Assembly: GCA_043821725.1 (NCBI GenBank)
Contig: JBDRCM010000002.1
Span: forward strand, 1-59,502
Length of the DNA stretch: 59,502 nt
Reading direction: 5' to 3'
Origin: a bacterium
GTDB taxonomy: Bacteria; Patescibacteriota; Patescibacteriia; Magasanikbacterales; GWA2-37-8
Part shown: piece by piece, positions 38,213 through 46,893 of the stretch
How the letters are laid out: the number at the start of each line of letters is the position of its first letter
How positions within the stretch are numbered: position 1 is the first letter of the stretch
Made by a program: the position numbers and the translations under genes
The notes under the pieces: model-generated
Database searches by the model: none
Seen by the model: the letters and a program-made list of their open reading frames with translations, nothing else
Told to the model about the DNA's origin: nothing

Positions 38213-39661
38213 ATGAATGAGATTATTAAACAATATGGAATCGACAATAGTGACTGGATCCACAAGGGTTTCCATGGTGTTTCTCATACTTTTTTTCCCG
38301 TTGAAGAAGAAGCGATCATATCAAAAAAAACATTGGGATATTCAGTAAATACAGCATTGTTTTTTTCGGAAGGCCATTACATACATCATTTTTGGAACAA
38401 AAACGATTTAACCAGAATAAGAAATATTTTTTTTCAAAGGCTTGACTCTGATCCCAAATATCTTGAAAAATTAAAAAATGATTGGAATAAAGATTTAGCT
38501 ATATTTGATGCAATTATCCTTAAAACAGATCGCACAAACTTAGCCAAATTGACGGATAAGCAATTAGTGTTTTTATATGATGAATTTTACAGAGCCTATG
38601 TGAAAGAATACAGCTATTTTATGGCTTTGGGCGATGCTATTTCAATGCAGGTTGAGGACTATTTAATTCCGGAATTTAAAAAAGTTTTGCAAGGAGATTT
38701 TAATAATTTGTTTTCTTTACTCGTTAGCACACACCACGTTTCCTTTATAGAAAAAGAACAAAGGGCGCGTGATGCTATTATAGAAATATATCGAAGGACT
38801 GGGACCATACCGCATGATATGTTGGAAAAACATGCAAAAGAATTTTTTTATATAAAAAATAATTATGCTAAAGCGATTTATTTTTCCGCTTCTGATTTTA
38901 AAAAAGAAATTATTGCAGAAAGCAGAATGGAGGTCGACCAGTACATCAATGTTAATAGAAGTAACGATACAATAAATCGAGAAAAGACATTTGAAGAGTA
39001 TAATTTTACCGATCACCATAAAATTCTTTTGTACGTTATGGACGAATTTTTTGGAATTCAGGATACTCGGAAAAAATACGTATTAATTTCAAATTATTAC
39101 CAATTTAATTTTTTGGCAGAGCTTTCAAGAAGAACTAATATTGATTACGAGTTGTTGCGATTTTCTGTACAGCCGGAATTTAAGGATATCTTGGAAAAAG
39201 GAATCGATATACGTGTGCTGTCTGATCGAAAAGATTTTGGGCTATGTTTATGCAATGAAGAAGGATACAAAATAGTCGTAGGAAATAATGCTCGCCAAGT
39301 CTATCGTTTTATAATTCAATCAACTCAAGCAAATATGAATAATCATGAAGTGAAGGGGATAGTTGCTTCAAAGGGTAAAGCTACTGGACGTGTAAAAATT
39401 GTTCTTAAAATTCACGATATGATAAATTTTGAAAAAGGCGATGTATTGGTATCTAGCATGACCAGGCCTGAAATGATTCCTGCTATGAAACAGGCTGTAG
39501 CTATAGTAACGGATGAGGGTGGTATGACCAGCCATGCGGCAATAGTTGCCAGAGAATTGAAAGTTCCGTGCATTATTGGCACAAAATATGCAACTACTAT
39601 TTTTAAAAATGGCGATATGGTTGATGTGGACGCGGAGGACGGAAAAATTAGGAAAATATAA
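38213..39661 (+). CDS. PEP-utilising phospho-His swivel-domain protein (paralogue)
   Basis: C-terminal MTRPE...TDEGGMTSHAAIVARELKVPCIIG...VDAEDG. Confidence 0.88.
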   Translation: MNEIIKQYGIDNSDWIHKGFHGVSHTFFPVEEEAIISKKTLGYSVNTALFFSEGHYIHHFWNKNDLTRIRNIFFQRLDSDPKYLEKLKNDWNKDLAIFDAIILKTDRTNLAKLTDKQLVFLYDEFYRAYVKEYSYFMALGDAISMQVEDYLIPEFKKVLQGDFNNLFSLLVSTHHVSFIEKEQRARDAIIEIYRRTGTIPHDMLEKHAKEFFYIKNNYAKAIYFSASDFKKEIIAESRMEVDQYINVNRSNDTINREKTFEEYNFTDHHKILLYVMDEFFGIQDTRKKYVLISNYYQFNFLAELSRRTNIDYELLRFSVQPEFKDILEKGIDIRVLSDRKDFGLCLCNEEGYKIVVGNNARQVYRFIIQSTQANMNNHEVKGIVASKGKATGRVKIVLKIHDMINFEKGDVLVSSMTRPEMIPAMKQAVAIVTDEGGMTSHAAIVARELKVPCIIGTKYATTIFKNGDMVDVDAEDGKIRKI

Positions 39662-39948
39662 CAAATAGGCCTAAGTTGCAAGTCATTCGCAAGTATTGAT
39701 AATTTTATGTTACAATTGCAAGAACTTTTTATATTTTATGGTATAATAAAAGTACGTATACGGTGGATCTTAATATAGTGGACCTTGTATTAATTAGCAT
39801 TTCTTGACTACCAGATAGCCGCTTAAGTCTAATTATTGATTGTAGTTGTGTCTCCAATCCTAATATTGATGCCATGTTTGATGTTTGTGGATTATACGAG
39901 CCAATAAATTTTAGAACCTAACTAACATGTAAATATATTTTTTCATTT

Positions 39949-40461
39949 ATGAACAACAACATCAATTTGCATGAACAAGGTCTTGAGCGATATCCAACAA
40001 AAACTATCATATTTGGTAATTTTGTAATGTTAATTTGGTTTGTTTTAGGAGCTATTGCATGCTACTTATTTTATCCGCTTATTGGTTGGATATATTTAAT
40101 CTTAGCACTGCTAATGTTATATATTGTATTGAGAAAGTTAGTTTGCACAAACTGCCATTATTACAACAAATATTGCGCTCTTGGATGGGGCAAATTGGCC
40201 GGTTTATTTTTTAAAAAAGGCAACATTGAAAAATTTTCCAATTGCAGAGCAATTAAACTGGCTCCATTTGTTTATTGTTCCTTGTCTTTGATTCCTCTCA
40301 TTCTAATAATTATATCTCTTGTTCAAAATTATACTTTTTTAAAGTTAGTCGTTCTCATACTGTTATCTTTAGTGTCTTTTTACAGCAGTATCGCAAATAG
40401 AAAAAAAACCTGTTCAAAATGCAAGATGAGATTAATTTGTCCAGGTTGCGCGGTTAAATAA
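39949..40461 (+). CDS. Cys-rich 4-TM membrane protein
   Basis: CTNCHYYNKYC and CSKC-x5-C clusters between TM helices. Confidence 0.75.
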   Translation: MNNNINLHEQGLERYPTKTIIFGNFVMLIWFVLGAIACYLFYPLIGWIYLILALLMLYIVLRKLVCTNCHYYNKYCALGWGKLAGLFFKKGNIEKFSNCRAIKLAPFVYCSLSLIPLILIIISLVQNYTFLKLVVLILLSLVSFYSSIANRKKTCSKCKMRLICPGCAVK

Positions 40462-40657
40462 AAAATCGATATCAAAAATATTTTGCTTTTCAATTTAAAG
40501 TAGCAAGTGATCCCTTTGCTTGGCTTATCGAAAACGTGGTGTGTGAGTTGACGCTCGATTTTTGGTTTATTAATTTTTTTTTGTCAATTGCAAGTTCTAT
40601 CCTTATATGCTATGATCTCACAATAACACAATATAATATCTCAATTGATTAAATTAT

Positions 40658-41070
40658 ATGTCTGAATCATTTAAACAAACTATTCTTAAATACATCACCG
40701 ACAATAGTGCTCACCATCCATCGGAGGAAAAAATATTAAGTGGATTATTAAGCACCGTGCTTGATTCTGAAAAAAGTTTACTTAATATGCTTTTGAAAGA
40801 GTTAGTTCTAGAAAAAAAATAAGATGTGTAACTTTGCCAAATATATCAGCTCGGTATGAGACTAGAATGGAACATCATTATCATTTTATTTGTGATGAAT
40901 GTGGAACGGTAAGAGATATAATTATAGATGAAGGTGCTATGAACATGATCCGTAATCATGCACAATCAATTATTAATTCATGTGCGCGAATTAGTAAGAT
41001 CAACATGAGTTTTCAAGGAGTATGTCATGATTGTAGGAAAACACTAGGTGGACAAAACAATAAAAATTGA
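40658..41070 (+). pseudogene. Fur/PerR-family regulator frameshifted in an A8 run
   Basis: N-half MSESFKQTILKYI..HHPSEE stops at 40820-40822; one extra A at 40812-40819 joins it to RYE..HHYHFICDECG...GVCHDC. Confidence 0.8.
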
Positions 41071-41200
41071 TTAAAAAAAGAATGAACTATTACAATCAAA
41101 AAAAGGCTACATACCAGCCTCCGCTGTCAAAATCCATTAAAATTCGCTAATTCATTAAAAAACTTTTCTTATCTGCGAGTAAAAAAGCAGTTTAGTTTTT

Positions 41201-41431
41201 TCAGGGGTTGACAAATCTAGATATCTTGGTTTTCATGTTCTTGGCTTCGACGTCGACTCCTTGTTCAAAAATATTCTTTCCCCCTGATAATAATTGCTGG
41301 CGCCATTTTGACAAGACAGTGACGGAAATATCATATTTTCTTGATATTTCTGATAAATTATCTGTTTTAACAGCTTCAATGGATCGGTCAAACTTAAATT
41401 GAGGGGTATATTTCTTTTTTGGATAAGGCAT
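41201..41431 (-). pseudogene. IS3-type transposase OrfA (HTH) fragment
   Basis: KKKYTPQFK...SEISRKYDIS..VLSKWRQQ; truncated in the coiled coil and no OrfB. Confidence 0.75.
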
Positions 41432-41636
41432 ATGTTTAATCTAGTTTATCTTGTTACTGCTATTAGCATAACATACTATGCCAACGGCTGTAAAAAGTAT
41501 TTCTTACCCTACTGGTTTAGTTTAGTTAGGATGTGTCAGGCTATAAAAATAGTAATGAACTAATATTAAGTTTTCTTTAGACGGCACTGCCAATCTGCCC
41601 AAGAAAAACCAGTCCAAATACCACAAAGTGTGTTGT

Positions 41637-41869
41637 GGGCCTATCACCAAATACCATTTCTACTGCAATTGATAAATTATGGCCAAAATCGTTTCAAAAT
41701 TTCTTGGATTATCTTACAGATAGGCCTCAAAATTTTTTATCAAGCGAAGCGAGAGAAAAGAAAAATGATAATTTTTCTTTTCCGAGCGAGCGAAGATAAC
41801 TATGGAATTATCAACAATTTTGTCTCATAATTTATCAATTTCGCTACGAAAGCAATTGGCGAAAGACCC
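41637..41869 (-). mobile_element. MITE family A copy with GTTGT TSD
   Basis: Reverse complement of the 389-621 body; GTTGT at 41632-41636 and 41870-41874. Confidence 0.9.
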
Positions 41870-41901
41870 GTTGTAAGGACGCGTTTTTTTAAACGAAAAA
41901 T

Positions 41902-41991
41902 AAAAAAACTCGCAAGATGTTTGACAAGGGGAAAAAGATGAAGGAGGGTACACCTCTCCCAATGTCAAACATTCTGCGAGTTTTAGTATTA
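41902..41991 (-). ncRNA. Candidate ~90-nt hairpin sRNA
   Basis: Minus-strand TTGACA(42026)-N17-TATTTT promoter; ~22-bp stem 41905-41926 / 41963-41984 ending in a U-run. Confidence 0.4.
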
Positions 41992-42151
41992 TGCATTAAA
42001 ATAGCATAAAATTTGATTTTTGTCAAGTGCTGTACTGAATAGATATAAGGAACATTAGTTTCGCATAAAATAATGTTTCCACTTAGAAAAAAATCGTATT
42101 TTTAGACAAAAAAAATGAATATAAACGAGAAGAAATGATTTATCAATGATG

Positions 42152-42496
42152 CTACTTTAAGTTATCCACAATTTTGGCAAATATTGGTTCATGTTTGCTT
42201 GCTAATTCAGAAAGCATTTTCCTATTGATTTTTATTTTTGCTTTAACAAGCTTATCGATCAGCACGCTGTAAGATAGATCATATTTTCTGGCCGCAGCAT
42301 TAATCCTAATAAGCCATAGCCCGCGATTTGTACGTTTTTTTATTTTTCTGTCGTTATATGCGTGTTGTCCTGCTTTTTTTTCAGCGATTTTGGCAAGTTT
42401 GATCTTGTTTTTTCGCCCCCATTTATAGCCCTTAACGCGCTTAAGCACATTTCGTCTTTTTTTTGCGTGAACAATTCCGCCTTTAATTCTTGTCAT
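42152..42496 (-). CDS. rplT: 50S ribosomal protein L20
   Basis: MTRIKGG, KGY, AYNDRKIKKR, LWLIRINAAAR, INRKMLSELA. Confidence 0.98.
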   Translation of the reverse strand: MTRIKGGIVHAKKRRNVLKRVKGYKWGRKNKIKLAKIAEKKAGQHAYNDRKIKKRTNRGLWLIRINAAARKYDLSYSVLIDKLVKAKIKINRKMLSELASKHEPIFAKIVDNLK

Positions 42497-42570
42497 ATTA
42501 ATTGATTATTATATGTTTATTGATATTGAAGAACTTTGCCTTTTGCGCGTCTTCTTGCGCGTATTAATTT

Positions 42571-42765
42571 TTAATTCAAACAATTATTGATAGTTTTTTC
42601 AATTTTTTTACTATTAATACCAATTATGTCACTTTTTTTATTGCGTCCGACTTTACCTGATTCTCTTGTATTAAAATGATTCTGCCCGCATGTTCTTTTT
42701 TTAAGTTTTCCTTTGCCGGTTTTTTTAAACCTTTTAGCCACTGCCTTGCAAGTTTTTTGTTTCAT
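42571..42765 (-). CDS. rpmI: 50S ribosomal protein L35
   Basis: MKQKTCKAVAKRFKKTGKGK; between infC and rplT. Confidence 0.95.
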   Translation of the reverse strand: MKQKTCKAVAKRFKKTGKGKLKKRTCGQNHFNTRESGKVGRNKKSDIIGINSKKIEKTINNCLN

Positions 42766-42849
42766 ATATCATTATTGATTAATTACAGGTTTCATTTTCT
42801 TCTCTAAGAAATCCGCCCGGATACCACACGGATTGCTACGAGGAGGGGT

Positions 42850-43395
42850 TTATTTTTTAGCTATAATTGTCGTTATTTTATTGAACTGCGATTCAATTTG
42901 CTGTTCACGCCTTACTTCTTCTTCAGCATTTATTGATTCAATGAATTTTTCAATTATTTCAAAACCCAAACTTTTTTGCTGATTTTCTCTTCCTCTTAAG
43001 ATAATTTCTATCTTAACTTTGTCTCCACTGTTTAAAAATTTTAATGTTCTTTTTTTCCTTATATCAAGATCATGTTGGCCGATTCGCAGTGACAAGCGAA
43101 TTCCTTTAGTATCAGTAACGTGCTGATGCGCCTTTCTTATTCTTTCTTCTTTTTCCATTCTGTATTTGTATTGTCCATAGTCGGTAATTTTTGCAACCGG
43201 CGGATCATTTTTTGGGTTTATAAGCACTAAATCCATGCCTTGAGTTTTTGCTTGCCTTATTGCTTCGGCAGTGTTCATTTCTCCCAGATTTTTTCCTTCA
43301 AAATCCAGCACAAGAACTTTTGGAGCTATAATTCTCTCATTAAAAAAAAGATTTCTTTTTGGCTGTACTTTTTTTCTTCTTCGTGAAATTCGCAT
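42850..43395 (-). CDS. infC: Translation initiation factor IF-3
   Basis: NERI, DLVLI..PPVAKITDYGQYKY, HDLDI, GDKVK..LRGRE. Confidence 0.97.
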   Translation of the reverse strand: MRISRRRKKVQPKRNLFFNERIIAPKVLVLDFEGKNLGEMNTAEAIRQAKTQGMDLVLINPKNDPPVAKITDYGQYKYRMEKEERIRKAHQHVTDTKGIRLSLRIGQHDLDIRKKRTLKFLNSGDKVKIEIILRGRENQQKSLGFEIIEKFIESINAEEEVRREQQIESQFNKITTIIAKK

Positions 43396-43405
43396 ATTTT
43401 TTTTG

Positions 43406-43807
43406 TGGAGGTGGCGGGAGTTGAACCCGCGTCCATTTGATTTTAATAATATCTTCTACATATTTAGTCCGCTTGTTGTTTGGAACCGCACGTAAGAAGC
43501 GAACAAAAACTTGCGGTTCGATTCGAAATTGCCTTTCAGAATTAAGGACTCGAAATTCCTAAATTCCTAAGCTCGATAATTGACACCGTCTTCACCTACC
43601 GAGCATGAGCGAGACGATGGGCAATCCCGCTAAAGCGGGCTGGGGTTTTTACGCCATTGCCGGAGCAAGAGAGTAGCTGTTAAACATTACTGCCACAGCG
43701 CTCTTTGCCCTATTGTACAAATTGGCATTTGTGTTTTTTGCCTTTTTAGGAGAAGGCGCTCCATATGCTGATATTACCAAAGATCAATGTCGAAGCCCAA
43801 CACCCCC
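43406..43807 (-). ncRNA. ssrA: tmRNA
   Basis: 5' GGGGGTG..GCTTCGAC; 3' GACGCGGGTTCAACTCCCGCCACCTCCA; tag ORF 43726-43649; adjacent to smpB. Confidence 0.95.
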
Positions 43808-43819
43808 TTGGGATAACAT

Positions 43820-44263
43820 TCATTTTAATTTAAGCGCGCGTTGAATTTCGCGATTTTGCGCTCTTTTCAGCAGAATATTCTTCTTATTGAATAATTTTTT
43901 TCCTTTTCCAATACCTATTTCTACCTTAATTAACCGACCTTTAGTATACACCCGAAGAGGTAAAATTGTCAAGCCCTTTTCATTCATTTTTCCCTTTATT
44001 TGTGCTATTTGATTTTTGTGAAGCAATAGTTTCCTCCAAACTTCAGGTTCGTAGTCATCCATTTTGCCTGCCGGCTTATATTTTGAAATATGCATATTGG
44101 TTATTCCCGGCTCGCTATTTTTTAAGGTGACATATGCCCCCTTTAAGTTTATCTGTCCGTTTTTTACTGCCTTTGTTTCAAAACCGCGCAACACAAGACC
44201 GGCCTCAATCTTATCAAGGATTTCATAATCAAAAAAAGCTTTTTTGTTGCGCGTAATTTCCAT
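43820..44263 (-). CDS. smpB: SsrA-binding protein SmpB
   Basis: NKKAFFDYEI...EAGLVLRGFE, RKLLLHK, GLTILPL, GKGKK. Confidence 0.98.
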   Translation of the reverse strand: MEITRNKKAFFDYEILDKIEAGLVLRGFETKAVKNGQINLKGAYVTLKNSEPGITNMHISKYKPAGKMDDYEPEVWRKLLLHKNQIAQIKGKMNEKGLTILPLRVYTKGRLIKVEIGIGKGKKLFNKKNILLKRAQNREIQRALKLK

Positions 44264-44323
44264 GCATATTAATAATAGCAGTAAATGCTTGTAAAATCAA
44301 GACATATTGGATATAATGGACAC

Positions 44324-45124
44324 ATGATTTTAAAATTTAATAAAATTTCACTTCACCCGCGTTTTAGCTCAATTATTGACATTTTTATCAATATATTCTA
44401 CATTTACGCAGTAACTACTGTTAAAAGCTGGTGGGTTCTTATGGCCTTGCTGATTGGAAAGCAATTTGTTCATTTTATAATACTTAGCGCAACTTACCAT
44501 CCAACAAAGGCAATAAGATGGCGTAACTTTTTTTCGCTCTTCATTCTTAATCTCGGCGTAATAATGAGCATTATTTTTTTGGAGTGGAAAGTCGCGATAT
44601 ATATATTAGGGGCTGTCTATATAATACTTAGCGCTTCAAGCACATGGATGTTGCCAAATTCAGGCATTGGAGTTTCATTGGCAATCAAGCCCCATTTAAG
44701 ATGGAGATTCATTTCCACGGTTTTCGGCCTTGCTGGAACGATGACAGGAGTTCAGGCCATCATGGTGTTTCAGGTCGCTTACAGGGTAAACAATTGGATA
44801 TGGTTTGCATTGCTGGCCATCGTAAGCGTTTTAATAGCAATTTGGTGGTGGTGGGAATATGATATCAAATACAACAAATTATTTTTGTTATCGGCTCTTA
44901 TATTTTTTTTAATAATGATTGAAATTATCGCTGTAGTCGCCCTCTTGCCACTCGGATATTTAATTTCAGGATTGATATTAACGTGGATATGGTACATCGT
45001 TTGGCTTTTATTCAGATTTAATATGTCATCCGAAGGAATTAATTGGAAAAAGCAATCGCGTTTTATCATTTCAAATCTTTTAATTTTTATTTTATTTTTA
45101 TTTTTTATTGCTAAATGGAAATAG
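44324..45124 (+). CDS. Hypothetical multi-pass membrane protein
   Basis: About 9 hydrophobic segments; TTGTAA-N17-TATAAT promoter just upstream of ATG 44324. Confidence 0.75.
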   Translation: MILKFNKISLHPRFSSIIDIFINIFYIYAVTTVKSWWVLMALLIGKQFVHFIILSATYHPTKAIRWRNFFSLFILNLGVIMSIIFLEWKVAIYILGAVYIILSASSTWMLPNSGIGVSLAIKPHLRWRFISTVFGLAGTMTGVQAIMVFQVAYRVNNWIWFALLAIVSVLIAIWWWWEYDIKYNKLFLLSALIFFLIMIEIIAVVALLPLGYLISGLILTWIWYIVWLLFRFNMSSEGINWKKQSRFIISNLLIFILFLFFIAKWK

Positions 45125-45128
45125 GACT

Positions 45129-46202
45129 ATGAAAAGAAAAATAGCGCCGCATCTGCCATCGCCCTCATGCAACTTAAAAAATCACACTTTGTTTCTTCGG
45201 ATGAAAAATATTTTCTTTGTAATTTTAATATGCGCGATGGTTTCCGTGCCCGTGTCTATTATTGTCGTGAGTTGGGTTTTGCCGTCAATTAGCGATAGCA
45301 GTATTTGGATAAATCAATTTAACAGGTCAGATCCAATCAATATTCAATTAAGTGATATTGAAAAAAAGGATTTGAAGACAAAAACCACGCTCATATATGA
45401 TCAACAAAAAATCGGCAGGAAAAATAGCTCTACAACAAGTAATATTTTTTTGGGCAGAGCCATTAATATCAGTTATGACGGCTGGACAGCACTTTATTAT
45501 CCGGAGTACAAAGCCGATGAATCCAACCTGTTGGGCGTTTCTCATGACAATCGTACATATATGTCAGAGCGTAGGATTTTTGACCGCCACACAGGCATTC
45601 TCTATCTTAAACTTAACTTAAAAGGGGATAATCTTCGCGTGGCAAATTTGGGCGCTGAAATAACGCCAACAGATGATTATTACGCGCTCACGCAAAATAG
45701 TTACGACCATATTAATATAAGCGGTCCGTATTTTATTGATTTTGGAGAACAAATAGATGCGGCGCCGAGAGTTAGGCATTCATTAAGCGGAAGTTATACG
45801 GCTAAGACGGGAAGTTTTATTGTGGATCGTTCCGGAAAGGTGGTGGGATTGATAGAGGATAGCGGGCATATCCTGCCTATGAAATACATAAACGGATTTG
45901 TACAGGATCTTTTAAGCAACAATTCTTTGCAGTATGTAACGCTCGGCGTCAGTGGATGGTTTAGCGCTCAGCGTCCAATCATCATTGACGACAAAAGCGT
46001 TCAAGGATTCCATGTCACAAAACTAAATTCAAATAAAAACGCGCTTAAAAGTGACGATATAATTCTTCTTATTAATGGAACAATTGTTGATGAGGATAAT
46101 TTATGGTATAATACAAGAGGAAAGAAGACAGCTGAACTTGTTGTCCTAAGAGGAGGAAACAGAATAACAATTTTAGCCGATGTATTGCCTGATTTGCAAT
46201 AA
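45129..46202 (+). CDS. Degenerate HtrA-like trypsin-fold/PDZ protein
   Basis: TM anchor; GRAINISYDGW, TGSFIVDRSGKVVGL and LKSDDIILLING (PDZ-like). Confidence 0.6.
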   Translation: MKRKIAPHLPSPSCNLKNHTLFLRMKNIFFVILICAMVSVPVSIIVVSWVLPSISDSSIWINQFNRSDPINIQLSDIEKKDLKTKTTLIYDQQKIGRKNSSTTSNIFLGRAINISYDGWTALYYPEYKADESNLLGVSHDNRTYMSERRIFDRHTGILYLKLNLKGDNLRVANLGAEITPTDDYYALTQNSYDHINISGPYFIDFGEQIDAAPRVRHSLSGSYTAKTGSFIVDRSGKVVGLIEDSGHILPMKYINGFVQDLLSNNSLQYVTLGVSGWFSAQRPIIIDDKSVQGFHVTKLNSNKNALKSDDIILLINGTIVDEDNLWYNTRGKKTAELVVLRGGNRITILADVLPDLQ

Positions 46203-46281
46203 TAGATTAATAATAGATCAAAAAAATTATTTGAAAAAAATATAAGCCGAAAATCGGCAATATTTATATATTTTAAAAAAT

Positions 46282-46890
46282 ATGCATAAAATTATTTTAA
46301 AAAATTTGAGCGTAATATTTATTTGGGGTATAATATTTGCCACATTGTCATTGGCTTTGACCGTTTTTCTCCCAAAACAGTATAGCGCTGAAAGCAAGGT
46401 TTTAATCATTTCCAAAGACAGAAGCGGAGTGGATCCATATACTCAAGCAAAGTCAGCTGAGAGAATAGGAGAAAATTTAGCTCAGATTATGATGACAAGC
46501 GATTTTTTTGATAAAGTTGTTGAATCTAAACTGTATAGTTTAAGCGATAAGCAGTGGTCTAATTTAAGTGAAAGGCAAAAAAGAAAAAAATGGAAAAAAG
46601 ACGTGCAGGCAACCGTAATATACGGCACGAGCATAATGAATATCAAAACATTTGCCGCAGATAAAAATTCAGCCGTCTCTCTTTCAAAGGCAGTGTCTCA
46701 AACGCTTGCTTCCAGAGGATGGGAGTATGCCGGAGGCGATATAGCACTTAAGGTCGTTAACAGCCCAATTGCTTCGGTAATGCCGGCTAGGCCAAATTAT
46801 GCCATGAATGCAGTTCTTGCTTTTATACTCGGGGTATTAACTTCAATAATTTGGTTTGCAAATTATCGCAAGCATCATCTATTCCAATAA
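46282..46890 (+). CDS. Wzz/CpsC-like chain-length determinant protein
   Basis: Two terminal TMs; PKQYSAESKVLI and P..P.RPNYAMN motifs. Confidence 0.8.
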   Translation: MHKIILKNLSVIFIWGIIFATLSLALTVFLPKQYSAESKVLIISKDRSGVDPYTQAKSAERIGENLAQIMMTSDFFDKVVESKLYSLSDKQWSNLSERQKRKKWKKDVQATVIYGTSIMNIKTFAADKNSAVSLSKAVSQTLASRGWEYAGGDIALKVVNSPIASVMPARPNYAMNAVLAFILGVLTSIIWFANYRKHHLFQ

Positions 46891-46893
46891 AAT

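Noticed and set aside
41125-41213. TGTCAA...TTGACA mini-element truncating the IS3 fragment
   Set aside because: Only 6 bp of convincing inverted match and no TSD
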